IMG/VR virus record: IMGVR_UViG_3300028557_002246
Span: 1-38,571 of that record
Length of the DNA: 38,571 nucleotides
Direction: 5' to 3' (one strand)
From: a virus
Taxonomy: Duplodnaviria; Caudoviricetes
The notes beneath the pieces are model-generated. The model was not told where the DNA came from. It searched no databases and was given only the letters and a program-made list of their open reading frames with translations. The translations under genes were made by a program, and so were the position numbers. Below are positions 10,138 through 19,503 of this stretch, in pieces. Positions within the stretch are counted from its first letter, which is position 1, and each line of letters opens with the position of its first letter.

Positions 10138-10344
10138 ATGGAAGAAGGCATAGACGTGGCCGATGGAGACTGCATCATAGTGATCAAGCAAAATGGATCT
10201 ATTGGCGAAGTGATCCTGCCAGAAGTTAATAATCCTGCACAGGAGAGCAAGGGTTATAAACTGACGTTGGATGTATTGGAATTCATTGATCGAGAAAAAG
10301 GTGCATTGATAAGATCGGAAACTAATAGAAAGAAATACAACTAA
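10138..10344 (+). CDS. Hypothetical protein (~68 aa; the start may be TTG 10120)
   Basis: Fills the gap and is TAATG-coupled to the next gene. Confidence 0.55.
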   Translation: MEEGIDVADGDCIIVIKQNGSIGEVILPEVNNPAQESKGYKLTLDVLEFIDREKGALIRSETNRKKYN

Positions 10345-10910
10345 TGCCTGATGTAGATATAGATTTTGCAAATAGAGAACAAGCATTGAAGTTATTCAAA
10401 CATATGCCTGCTGCCATCATCAAGGACGATGATGTGGAGAAACACAAAACTGGTGTGTACTTTCAGGAAGTGCCTGTGGATCCTATTAATAATTCTTGTA
10501 GTCTTGATTATAAGAAAGCAGAAGAGCGTGGATATTTTAAAATAGATTTATTAAATGTGAATCTCTACGAGGGCATCGAGACCGAGCAACAGTTGGTTGA
10601 GTTGATGCTGGAAGAACCAGATTGGAACTTGCTGAAAGATAAAACTGTCGTGGATCAACTGTTCCATATCAATGGACATTTTGACATAGTATCTAAACTG
10701 GAACCAAAGAACATTGAACAATTGGCAGCGGTTTTGGCAATTATAAGACCGGCCAAAAGAAATCTCATGTACAAGTATTGGACAGAAATATTAAAAGAAG
10801 TCTGGTTAAGACCAAAGGACGACAGTTATTTTTTTAAAAAATCACATGCCGTGGCATACGCACAGGCAGTCGTGGTGCAGATGAACTTGATTAAAAGGAA
10901 AAAAAATTAA
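10344..10910 (+). CDS. Miniature DNA polymerase III alpha (family C) catalytic fragment, 188 aa
   Basis: MPDVDIDF, KHKTGVY, FKIDLL, LAAVLAIIRP and YFFKKSHAVAYA match DnaE motifs in the correct order. Confidence 0.8.
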   Translation: MPDVDIDFANREQALKLFKHMPAAIIKDDDVEKHKTGVYFQEVPVDPINNSCSLDYKKAEERGYFKIDLLNVNLYEGIETEQQLVELMLEEPDWNLLKDKTVVDQLFHINGHFDIVSKLEPKNIEQLAAVLAIIRPAKRNLMYKYWTEILKEVWLRPKDDSYFFKKSHAVAYAQAVVVQMNLIKRKKN

Positions 10911-11281
10911 GCAGGCCTGCGCATCAATTGTATTGTCCTGCGCTTGATCCTCTTTTTGGATATGTCGTCCAATCTAACCACAGGGCCATGCACTATCTTT
11001 ATGTCCTTGCTGGATAGAGTAACTATAACAGGTCTAAAATATGTAAAATCTTTTTTGAGGAAGATGTTGATGGGTATTTTCCTGTTTGATTCCCACCACC
11101 AAGTTTCGCCCAGTTTCAAAAACTTCATTTTGTCCGCGGGCAACATGATCCTGCCGTAGTCATAGAAGCTAGTGACTTGGTTGTCTTGATTTTGCACGAT
11201 CCCAACATATTCAAGATCGCCCTTGCGTATAAGCGACAAGAAAGGGAACTTGGTCTTTAAAGTTTCAAAAATTTCATTCAT
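10907..11281 (-). CDS. Hypothetical phage protein (124 aa)
   Basis: ORF from MNEIF with a distinctive WWWESNRKIPINIF segment; shares a TTAA stop with the mini-DnaE. Confidence 0.7.
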   Translation of the reverse strand: MNEIFETLKTKFPFLSLIRKGDLEYVGIVQNQDNQVTSFYDYGRIMLPADKMKFLKLGETWWWESNRKIPINIFLKKDFTYFRPVIVTLSSKDIKIVHGPVVRLDDISKKRIKRRTIQLMRRPA

Positions 11282-11314
11282 AGTGTATTCAATAAATACA
11301 GTGAGCAATGAACT

Positions 11315-12115
11315 ATGCAAACTGTATCAAGGTATTTACTAAACAACCTGGTAATTGTTGGAATTACTGGTTATCACGGAAGGAATCCTGTTGTGTACGA
11401 TAGGCGAATAAAGCTGTATAAAGGTGTATCTAATCCTCTCTCTTTCACATTTAAGAACGAGGACCAGAAAGCACAGGACATAACTGCCAAAACATTTGAG
11501 TTCAACCTCATTGATTCTGAAACTAAGCAATCAGTTGTCACCAGGAATTTAACCATACTAGACGATGGGTCTACTATTACTAAAAAAGGTACAGCCAGCA
11601 TCACAGTCACAGAGGGTGATCTTTTAACATTAGATGCAAAATTCTACAACTATGCCATCAGAGAAGTGGCAGCAGACAACACCAGGACAGTGACATTTGC
11701 TGATTCGTTCTACAATGCCGCGGGCACCATAGAAGTGTTGGATGGCGCATATCCAGACTTCCTGGACAGCACCGAGGTAAACAATTTCACCAGCACCACA
11801 GGACCCCTGGACAATACCAGCGGAGCCATAGACGCCAACCCAGGCATCAACAACAACGTGGCCTTGCACACCATCGCAGTGTACACAAAATCTTTTTCGG
11901 GATCGCTGAGAATACAGGGCACGATGGTTTCAACTCCCGCAGACACGGACTATTTTAACATCACTGCCACAGGAGAATCATCTCCGATCGCATTCTCGTC
12001 CTCGACCGCGGTCAGCTATTACAACTTCACTGGAGTTTACGAAAATGTGCGATTCAGTTGGAGCAATGACAGTGGTAATACCGGACGAATTGACAAAATC
12101 CTCTATAGACGTTAA
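11315..12115 (+). CDS. Putative virion structural protein (beta-rich, Thr/Ser-rich)
   Basis: Composition; preceded by AATAAATA (late-type box) at 11291-11298. Confidence 0.45.
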   Translation: MQTVSRYLLNNLVIVGITGYHGRNPVVYDRRIKLYKGVSNPLSFTFKNEDQKAQDITAKTFEFNLIDSETKQSVVTRNLTILDDGSTITKKGTASITVTEGDLLTLDAKFYNYAIREVAADNTRTVTFADSFYNAAGTIEVLDGAYPDFLDSTEVNNFTSTTGPLDNTSGAIDANPGINNNVALHTIAVYTKSFSGSLRIQGTMVSTPADTDYFNITATGESSPIAFSSSTAVSYYNFTGVYENVRFSWSNDSGNTGRIDKILYRR

Positions 12116-12118
12116 ACT
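12090..12118 (+). promoter_or_regulatory. Sigma70-type promoter of the primase operon (probably leaderless)
   Basis: TTGACA-N17-TAAACT; ATG lies 6 nt after the -10 box with no SD. Confidence 0.6.
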
Positions 12119-12124
12119 GTAAGA

Positions 12125-13141
12125 ATGAATCTGATTCAGTCTACAATTCTGACATCGCTGCCGGCTGGCAGGAAAAAGACGCCATCGGGTTGGATGAGCT
12201 TCAACGCTCCCTGCTGCGTGTACAATGGAGAGTCACAGGACAAGAGGAAACGTGGTGGTGTGATGACATCCGCTGATGGCACCTTGAGCTATCACTGTTT
12301 CAACTGTGGTTACACCGCGAGTTATGTGATCGGTCGCAAGCTCACTGTCAAAATGAAAACACTGATGGGATGGTTGGGCATAGCGGATGACACTATTAAG
12401 AGACTGGCCATAGAGGCCATGCGCCATGAAGAAGCAGATGTGAAGTATGAGAAGAAAAAATTCATAACTTTCCAGAAGAAGGAACTGCCCAAGAACAGTT
12501 TCAAATTGGAACATTGGTTGGAGAAATATGTGGCAAAGGATCTAACAGATCCGCAATATGAGAAGATAGATCAGCTATTAAATTATTTAAAGAAGAGGGG
12601 CATAGAGCCGGAGTGGTATGATTTTTTCTACTCGCCCGATCAGACAGCGGACTTCCATCGCAGGGTGATCGTGCCTTTTTATTGGCATGGAGATGTGGTA
12701 GGATACACGGGAAGATTATTTGACACCCGCAACAAGGAGATAAAATACTACACGGAGACGCAGCCGGGCTATGTGTTCAACATGGACGCACAGGACTGGC
12801 AGAGGAAGTTCGTGTTGGTAATGGAAGGACCGTTTGATGCCATCACGTTGGGCGGAGTGGCCATACTGGGTTCAGAGATCAACGACACACAGAGAGAACT
12901 GATACAAGGATTAAATAGGCAGGTGATCGTGGTACCGGACAAGGATCAACCAGGAATGAAGCTGATAGATCAGGCCAAGGAGTTTGGATGGAGCGTGGCA
13001 TTTCCACAGTGGCACGAATCGGTTGTGGATGTGGCGGAAGCTGTGTTAAAATATGGTAGATTGTTCACACTGCAATCAATACTTAAATCTACAGAGTCCA
13101 CTGCACTCAAGATAGATCTGAGGAGGAAGATATATGGCTGA
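12125..13141 (+). CDS. DNA primase (gp61/DnaG-like)
   Basis: Zn-binding PCC...YHCFNC, YLKKRGI, RVIVPF, GYTGR, TOPRIM MEGPFDA, PDKDQPG. Confidence 0.88.
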   Translation: MNLIQSTILTSLPAGRKKTPSGWMSFNAPCCVYNGESQDKRKRGGVMTSADGTLSYHCFNCGYTASYVIGRKLTVKMKTLMGWLGIADDTIKRLAIEAMRHEEADVKYEKKKFITFQKKELPKNSFKLEHWLEKYVAKDLTDPQYEKIDQLLNYLKKRGIEPEWYDFFYSPDQTADFHRRVIVPFYWHGDVVGYTGRLFDTRNKEIKYYTETQPGYVFNMDAQDWQRKFVLVMEGPFDAITLGGVAILGSEINDTQRELIQGLNRQVIVVPDKDQPGMKLIDQAKEFGWSVAFPQWHESVVDVAEAVLKYGRLFTLQSILKSTESTALKIDLRRKIYG

Positions 13142-14576
13142 TTACACATTTGACGTACAAAAGTTATATTTGGAAATGATGCTGGCCGATGCTGAGTCGT
13201 TCGCACGGGCACAGAACATCTTTGACAGCAACAACTTTGACCGAAAATTAATTCCTGTCGCCAAGTTCATCAAGGACTATGCGGAGCAATATAAGGTCTT
13301 GCCCGAGGTGGAGCAGGTCAACGCCAAACATGACGTCAAATTAAAAGCGGCAAAGGATCTGGATCCTTCGCACTTCACATGGTTGTTGGATGAGTTTGAA
13401 ACATTCTCCAGGCACAAGGCGCTGGAGCGTGCAATATTAGAATCCGCCGACATTTTAGAAAAGGGAGAAGGACAATATGCGTCCGTGGAGGACAAGATCA
13501 AGGCAGCGGTCAACATTGGATTGACCCGAGATATAGGAACGGATTACTTTGACGATCCCAGAGGTAGATTGGAGAGATTGAAAAATTCCAATGGACAGGT
13601 CAGCACGGGCTGGGCCAACATAGACAAGAAATTGTTTGGCGGATTCAATCGCGGAGAGCTGAACATATTTGCGGGTGGCTCCGGAGCGGGCAAATCTTTA
13701 TTTCTACAGAATCTGGCAGTGAATTGGGCCAGCGCAGGATTGAACTGCTGCTACATCACGTTTGAATTGAGCGAGATGTTGGTGGCCATGAGATTGGATG
13801 CCATGATCACAAACATACCCACGAGAAAGATATTCCCAGAGATCGACAACGTTGAGATGAAGCTCAAAATGATAGCCAAGAAAGCAGGTGGTTTGCAGAT
13901 CAAGTATCTGCCATCCGGCAGCACAGTGTTGGACATCAAGACATACATAAAAGAATTAGAGCTCAAAAACAAGAAGAAGATAGATTGCATATTGATCGAT
14001 TATCTGGATCTCATGATGCCAAAGAGCAAAAAAGTATCACCGGCGGATCTATTCATAAAAGACAAATATGTTTCAGAAGAATTAAGAAACCTGGCAGTGG
14101 AGTCCAAGATGCTGATGGTCACGGCGTCTCAGCTGAACAGGGCCTCCGTTGAAGAAATTGAGTTTGATCATAGCCACATAGCGGGTGGATTGAGCAAGGT
14201 GCAGACTGCGGACAACGTGTTTGGTATATTCACCAGCAGGGCAATGAAAGAGCGTGGAAGATATCAACTGCAGTTCATGAAGACCAGGAGCAGCAGTGGG
14301 GTGGGGCAGAAGGTGGATCTAGAATTTGATGTGGACACTCTGAGGATAAGAGACCTTGCGGAGGATCCCGAATATCAACAATTCAAAAAACAAACATCCA
14401 CTATCTATGACAATCTCAAACAGAGAAGCAAGATATCCACAGATGGCACTGCCACAGATGCCAGGAGTGAGCCAGATCCAACCAAGGGAGACGAGGTGGG
14501 CAAGGTCAGAGCGACTGTGGAAGGCAGCAAATTAAGGCATCTCTTGAACGAACTGCATTCCGATGAAGAACAGTAA
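13134..14576 (+). CDS. Replicative DNA helicase (T4 gp41/DnaB family)
   Basis: STGW, GGSGAGKS Walker A, YITFEL, ILIDYLDL, TASQLNR, KTR. Confidence 0.9.
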   Translation: MADYTFDVQKLYLEMMLADAESFARAQNIFDSNNFDRKLIPVAKFIKDYAEQYKVLPEVEQVNAKHDVKLKAAKDLDPSHFTWLLDEFETFSRHKALERAILESADILEKGEGQYASVEDKIKAAVNIGLTRDIGTDYFDDPRGRLERLKNSNGQVSTGWANIDKKLFGGFNRGELNIFAGGSGAGKSLFLQNLAVNWASAGLNCCYITFELSEMLVAMRLDAMITNIPTRKIFPEIDNVEMKLKMIAKKAGGLQIKYLPSGSTVLDIKTYIKELELKNKKKIDCILIDYLDLMMPKSKKVSPADLFIKDKYVSEELRNLAVESKMLMVTASQLNRASVEEIEFDHSHIAGGLSKVQTADNVFGIFTSRAMKERGRYQLQFMKTRSSSGVGQKVDLEFDVDTLRIRDLAEDPEYQQFKKQTSTIYDNLKQRSKISTDGTATDARSEPDPTKGDEVGKVRATVEGSKLRHLLNELHSDEEQ

Positions 14577-15264
14577 TGATATAGCATACATTTACGAAAA
14601 GTTAAGTCAACACTACCCTCGATATTCCAATCAGAAACCCAAAGCCAAAATATATTCCCGAGCCTACACCAGCCTCATAGGAGTGATGTTGAGTGCTCAG
14701 TCACAGGACGCAAGAACAGCAGTGGCCTGCAGACAACTGTTCGCACTGGCCAACACTCCCGAGGAAATGATCCAACTCACACAAGCAGACATCATAGAAG
14801 CCATCAGACCAGCCGGATTGTTCAATGCCAAAAGCAAGAACATACTAGCCACCAGCCGCATGCTGTTGGAAAAATTCAATGGTAAAGTGCCACAGACTCA
14901 GGAAGAATTGATGACACTGCCTGGAGTGGGACGCAAGAGTTCCGACATCATCATGCGTTTCGTGTGGGGTCAACCACACATAGCAGTGGACACTCATGTG
15001 TTTAGACTGATGTGGCGATTGGGTTGGGTGGACAATCTAGATGAGGGCAAGGCATCCATCACAGTGAATGCCACAACTCCTGAACAATACAAGTACGGAG
15101 CACACATGTGGTTGATCACACATGCCAAATTGGTTTGCAAGTCTAGGAATCCTGCCTGTGAATCTTGCGTGATCAAGGCAGCTTGTGATCGCAGAGATGT
15201 GGACATTCCCAAGAACAAGTTGAGAGCACATCAAAAAATTTCCTCCCATACACTGCCCAGATAA
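14563..15264 (+). CDS. nth: Endonuclease III (HhH-GPD DNA glycosylase/AP lyase, 4Fe-4S)
   Basis: LSAQ, LPGVGRK, VDTHV, C-x6-C-x2-C-x5-C. Confidence 0.92.
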   Translation: MKNSNDIAYIYEKLSQHYPRYSNQKPKAKIYSRAYTSLIGVMLSAQSQDARTAVACRQLFALANTPEEMIQLTQADIIEAIRPAGLFNAKSKNILATSRMLLEKFNGKVPQTQEELMTLPGVGRKSSDIIMRFVWGQPHIAVDTHVFRLMWRLGWVDNLDEGKASITVNATTPEQYKYGAHMWLITHAKLVCKSRNPACESCVIKAACDRRDVDIPKNKLRAHQKISSHTLPR

Positions 15265-15308
15265 TTAATATTGCTCAAGGCAATAATAGGCAAGAGAGAA
15301 CACAGGCA

Positions 15309-17000
15309 ATGAAGGACCAGGAACTGAACGACATAACCAGGCTGTACGAAAGATTTACCAGGCAGTGCCCGGACTCGGAACAATACACACAGCGTCTGGC
15401 AGAAGAAATCAATATCATACTCAAATTACGTTTCGTAGACTATTTCATACAAATATGCGACATCATGGCTCTGACCCGAGACATAACTCACATGACCAGG
15501 GGCTCCGCTGGTTCATCGCTGGTGTGTTATCTACTGGGCATAACCGACGTGGATCCTATAGAATGGAACATACCCATCGCACGTTTCCTCAATCCCAACA
15601 GGGATGACCTGCCGGACGTGGACATAGACTTCCCCCATCACAAGCAGGGAGAGGTCATGCAGAGGATATTTGATCGCTGGCCGGGAAGATCAGCCAGGAT
15701 ATCTAATTATGTCTTGTACAGAGACAAGAGCGCCAGGAGAGAAGCGGCCAAGCGACTGGGCATACGTGGCAACCTACCACGCAACTTCAAATATGAATCG
15801 CTGGGCATCGACACCAAAGAGGCCTCACGGATAGAAAAGAAATTACTAGGCAAAAAGAGATGCATATCCAAACACTGCGGTGGCATATTGATGTTCAACA
15901 GGGCGTTGCCCAAGAGCCTGTTCACAGCGGAGAATCAGATCCTGCTGGACAAGAATGAAGTGGAGGACTTGGAGCATCTCAAGGTGGACATATTGGCGAA
16001 CCGAGGACTCAGCCAGCTGCTGGAGATAGATCCACATACCAAATTGACCGACTATCCCGAACATGATCAAGCCACCGCGGATCTGTTGTGCAGGGGCGAT
16101 GTGCTGGGAGTGACCCAGGCAGAGTCACCAGCGATGAGGAGATTGTTCAGGGCAATAAAACCCACCAGCAGGAAGGACTGCGTGTTCGCCACAGCTCTGA
16201 TAAGACCGGTGGCCATATCGGGCAGGAAGAAAGCTACCATGTTCCATGACTGGAGCCAGGAGCGCATGGAGGACACCATAGTGTACGAGGACGACGCCAT
16301 AGACAGGATAGCGGAAGTCTTGGACATAGACAAATACGAGGCCGACATGTACAGGCGTGCATTCGCCAAGAAGAATGAAGAGAAGATTTTGGAGTTCACC
16401 ACGAGATTGGGCAACCATCCACGCAAGTCCGAGATAGTGGCCATGCTGCAGAGTCTGTCGGGATTTGGATTGTGCCGTGCACATGCAGTGAATCTGGGCA
16501 GATTGATCTGGGCATTGGCCTATCAAAAGGCTCACAACAACAAAAAGTTCTGGGAGGCCTGCATGAAGCACTGCCAGGGATCATATCGTCGCTGGGTCTA
16601 CAAGTTGGAATCCAAGAGAGCGGGACTGGATGTGATTACTCCATCATGCTCAGATCAATGGGACACCCCGCAGTTCCAATATAGGAAATACGGCTGGTGG
16701 TCAGGCAAGAAATTTCTCGATGGGCTGTACGTGAAAGAATTGTACATGGATCGTGTGGAGTTCGCAGGTCTGGTAGCCAATGGCAGGATATTCCGTGGAG
16801 ACAAAGGTCAGTACATCACGTTCGTCACGCTGGGAGTGGGCAATGGGCAGTATATAGACGTCACCATAAAGCGTGCCGTGTCGCTGCATGACCAGGACGT
16901 GATCTGGGGACAGGGCACTGTGAGGCATGCCAACAATTCCGACTACATCGAATGCTATGATGCCAAGTCATTTGTACTGGAGAGTTTTACCAAGAGCTGA
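15309..17000 (+). CDS. dnaE: Compact DNA polymerase III alpha (family C), lacking the PHP domain
   Basis: RLAEE, RGSAGSSLVCYLLGIT, RFLNPNR, PDVDIDF, SKHCGG, KVDIL, QAES, ALIRP, RRAFAKK, GLCRAHA, C-terminal OB-like region; GAGAG SD-like site. Confidence 0.85.
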   Translation: MKDQELNDITRLYERFTRQCPDSEQYTQRLAEEINIILKLRFVDYFIQICDIMALTRDITHMTRGSAGSSLVCYLLGITDVDPIEWNIPIARFLNPNRDDLPDVDIDFPHHKQGEVMQRIFDRWPGRSARISNYVLYRDKSARREAAKRLGIRGNLPRNFKYESLGIDTKEASRIEKKLLGKKRCISKHCGGILMFNRALPKSLFTAENQILLDKNEVEDLEHLKVDILANRGLSQLLEIDPHTKLTDYPEHDQATADLLCRGDVLGVTQAESPAMRRLFRAIKPTSRKDCVFATALIRPVAISGRKKATMFHDWSQERMEDTIVYEDDAIDRIAEVLDIDKYEADMYRRAFAKKNEEKILEFTTRLGNHPRKSEIVAMLQSLSGFGLCRAHAVNLGRLIWALAYQKAHNNKKFWEACMKHCQGSYRRWVYKLESKRAGLDVITPSCSDQWDTPQFQYRKYGWWSGKKFLDGLYVKELYMDRVEFAGLVANGRIFRGDKGQYITFVTLGVGNGQYIDVTIKRAVSLHDQDVIWGQGTVRHANNSDYIECYDAKSFVLESFTKS

Positions 17001-17014
17001 TGTTTTTGGACGCC

Positions 17015-17035
17015 TTGCGTCAGCGCAATTTTTTT
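17015..17035 (+). terminator. Probable intrinsic terminator after dnaE
   Basis: TTGCG-TCAG-CGCAA hairpin followed by T7; enclosed by the outer inverted repeat TTTTTGGA/TCCAAAAA. Confidence 0.45.
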
Positions 17036-17081
17036 CCAAAAAGCGACAGCGTAAGTTAGCGTACAAAGAGTTTGACCCCAG

Positions 17082-17110
17082 TTGTCCTTCGCCCAGTGTT
17101 GTTGTATAAT
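17082..17110 (+). promoter_or_regulatory. Sigma70-type promoter
   Basis: TTGTCC-N17-TATAAT upstream of the AGGAG SD and ATG 17164. Confidence 0.5.
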
Positions 17111-17163
17111 AAAATTTCAAAAGATAATTACAATATCGATGATCACACAGCAGGAGATGACCC

Positions 17164-17364
17164 ATGGGCATACACTACACATACAAGTCACAGAGCGGCG
17201 AGCGAAACCTGCGGAAGCAACAGAAACAGGACCAGCTGCGTAGTCGCAGCGACCAGAGAAAGCAATCACGAGAACAGGCGGAACCACCCAGCAACGTTTA
17301 CGTGGTGCCAGCGAATGAAGTGGTCACCCTGGATCACCTCACCAACCCGGATCTCAAGAAGTGA
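17164..17364 (+). CDS. Small basic Gln/Arg-rich protein (66 aa)
   Basis: AGGAG SD; GTGA-coupled to the radical SAM gene. Confidence 0.65.
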   Translation: MGIHYTYKSQSGERNLRKQQKQDQLRSRSDQRKQSREQAEPPSNVYVVPANEVVTLDHLTNPDLKK

Positions 17365-18362
17365 TTGACACGAGATTATTCGATTGGTACAAAATAAACA
17401 CTCGCAAGGATCTAGGCATCACAAACATATGTCCCAAGCCATTTGACACTGTGCTGATCGATCAGAAAGGCAGTTGTTTCATCTGCGAGTGTACAGCATG
17501 GTTGCCACAATCTGTGGGCAACCTACACAAAAATAGTTTGGAAGAAATATTCCATTCTGACATGGCCTATCATCTTCGTGATTCCATTGATGATGGATCT
17601 TATCGTTATTGCAATGAGAAACAGTGTACTTGGATTATCAAAGGTGATGTGCGTAACTATGCGGAGAATGATCCCAAGATAAAAACCATACGACTGGCCA
17701 TTGATGATTCTTGCAATCTCAGTTGCCCCAGTTGTCGGAAGTCAATAGTGTTCCACCAGCGAGGCAAGATGTTGAGCATGCGGTTAGAATTGGCCGATAG
17801 GGTGAATGAGTATCTTGCAAAACACAACAATATCACTGTGCATATAGGATCAGATGGGGATCCTTTTGCAAGCCTGGTATATCGATATTTCATGCGCACA
17901 GTGCCGGACAACAACACGCTGAGATTCAATCTACAGACCAATGGGTTATTGATAAAAAAAATGTTTGGGCGATTGGACAAGATATTAACAAGGATCGATG
18001 TGTTGAACATCAGCATCGATGGTGCCTCCAAGGAAACCTATGAATTGTTGCGCAGGGGTGGACAATTTGAGAAACTATTAGAAAATTTAGAATTTATAAA
18101 AGATTATCACGAGCAGTTCCGTATAAGATTTCATATGGTTGTGCAGAAGAGCAACTGGCATGAGATGAACAAGATGTTGGAGCTGGCAGACAGATTCAAT
18201 GCACACGAAGTGATATTCAATAGGATAACTGACTGGGGCACCTACGATAATTTTAGTGAGCAACAGGCGCCGGAAAAAGATCCAGCGTTCCAAAAAGAAC
18301 TTGATATGGTTCGACAGAATAAAAAAAGCGTTATTTGGGAACTGTTGGGCCGGAGGTTTTAA
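17361..18362 (+). CDS. Radical SAM protein with N-terminal SPASM/Twitch-like Cys domain
   Basis: CPKPF...CFICEC...GNL...YC...C, then CNLSCPSC, GDPF, QTNG, ISIDG. Confidence 0.85.
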   Translation: MIDTRLFDWYKINTRKDLGITNICPKPFDTVLIDQKGSCFICECTAWLPQSVGNLHKNSLEEIFHSDMAYHLRDSIDDGSYRYCNEKQCTWIIKGDVRNYAENDPKIKTIRLAIDDSCNLSCPSCRKSIVFHQRGKMLSMRLELADRVNEYLAKHNNITVHIGSDGDPFASLVYRYFMRTVPDNNTLRFNLQTNGLLIKKMFGRLDKILTRIDVLNISIDGASKETYELLRRGGQFEKLLENLEFIKDYHEQFRIRFHMVVQKSNWHEMNKMLELADRFNAHEVIFNRITDWGTYDNFSEQQAPEKDPAFQKELDMVRQNKKSVIWELLGRRF

Positions 18363-19456
18363 AAGTTTTCCATTCCCTGCTCGTTTAGATAGGTGCCCAT
18401 TATCTCTCGGAGCGTATTTTTATCTCTAGACTTAGGAGCACATAATCCACAGGAACAACGAGTGGATTGACATTGTATCACAGGAAACTCTCCCTTTGCC
18501 AACATAGCGTCTACTCCATTGATGTATTCATCCATGTTATCCATGGTGGCCAACGGTCCTAGTGTACCTGCTATGGTATTGTGACAATCTCTGTTGGAAT
18601 AAAATTCTCTGGTCATGGAATTGGCAGTGAGGAAGAACCAGCTCACGCTGCAGTACCATCCTTTAAAATTTACTTCCTGGGGGAAATAATTATGTTTTTC
18701 TTTGATGTTCCTGTCAAAGCACAACGACCTCCCACCACAGCAGGCTCGGCCAGCGCCAGAAAGTCTTTGTAGTTTTTCTTCCTTGATGTCAATGTTGTAG
18801 AACGTTTTGAGATAGGCCACCTGTTCCTGGTTGTAAAAATATGGACCCTCCAATATCTTGGGGCGGAATATTATATTCTCTTCGCGGCACCATTCTATGA
18901 AATCCACGCAGTCCTGCCAATAATCCTCTTGGTTGTGCATCAACACCACCATGTCATATTTTACACGATTATCTCTCATGTAGATTAAATTATTTTTTAC
19001 ATTCTGTTTTAACTTGTCTGGTCCTTCTGAATGATAGCTGACCGTGATGCCCTCGATGTTGTCACAGACATATTTCCACTTCTCTGGGGGACTGGTGGCG
19101 TTGGTGGTCAATCTTCTATTGAGATGCCAGCGGTCTCGGTAGGGTTTGTATAATTCTGATGATTGGGTTAGAATACGTTCCATCTCAGGATGATATAGAA
19201 CCTCTCCGCCCAACAGATTCATTATGGCGGTCTTGGATTTTTCTTTTTTATATTTAGAAATCACATCCACGTAGCGATACATCTGAGCCAACATCTTGAC
19301 ACAGTCATCCACGGGAGGATGTGGTATTTTGTTATTGTGTCCCCAATCCGTGGAACAATAAGAACAGTCGTAGTTACATTTCAATGTAACTTTCCAGTCC
19401 AACAGTATGCTCATGGTCTGTGCTGGTAGATAGGCGGGCTCTATGGTCTGTATCAT
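18359..19456 (-). CDS. Radical SAM protein with Cys-rich C-terminal auxiliary-cluster domain
   Basis: CNYDCSYC, GGE, TTN, SYHSE; C-terminal ACCGG..C, WYC, CQSTRCSCGLC. Confidence 0.85.
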   Translation of the reverse strand: MIQTIEPAYLPAQTMSILLDWKVTLKCNYDCSYCSTDWGHNNKIPHPPVDDCVKMLAQMYRYVDVISKYKKEKSKTAIMNLLGGEVLYHPEMERILTQSSELYKPYRDRWHLNRRLTTNATSPPEKWKYVCDNIEGITVSYHSEGPDKLKQNVKNNLIYMRDNRVKYDMVVLMHNQEDYWQDCVDFIEWCREENIIFRPKILEGPYFYNQEQVAYLKTFYNIDIKEEKLQRLSGAGRACCGGRSLCFDRNIKEKHNYFPQEVNFKGWYCSVSWFFLTANSMTREFYSNRDCHNTIAGTLGPLATMDNMDEYINGVDAMLAKGEFPVIQCQSTRCSCGLCAPKSRDKNTLREIMGTYLNEQGMENF

Positions 19457-19503
19457 GATTGAAAATATTTATTGGCTACATTTTTGTCTGTAAATAACTG
19501 ATA

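Noticed and set aside
10344-10910. Mini-DnaE as a pseudogene
   Set aside because: The motifs are condensed in a single frame with all three Asp residues kept and tight coupling to neighbours; no flanking out-of-frame DnaE remnants were seen.
10344-17000. The two DnaE-like ORFs as halves of one split or intein-spliced gene
   Set aside because: Both contain the same PDVDIDF, KxD and SHA/AHA motifs, so they are overlapping paralogs, not complementary halves; no intein termini are visible.
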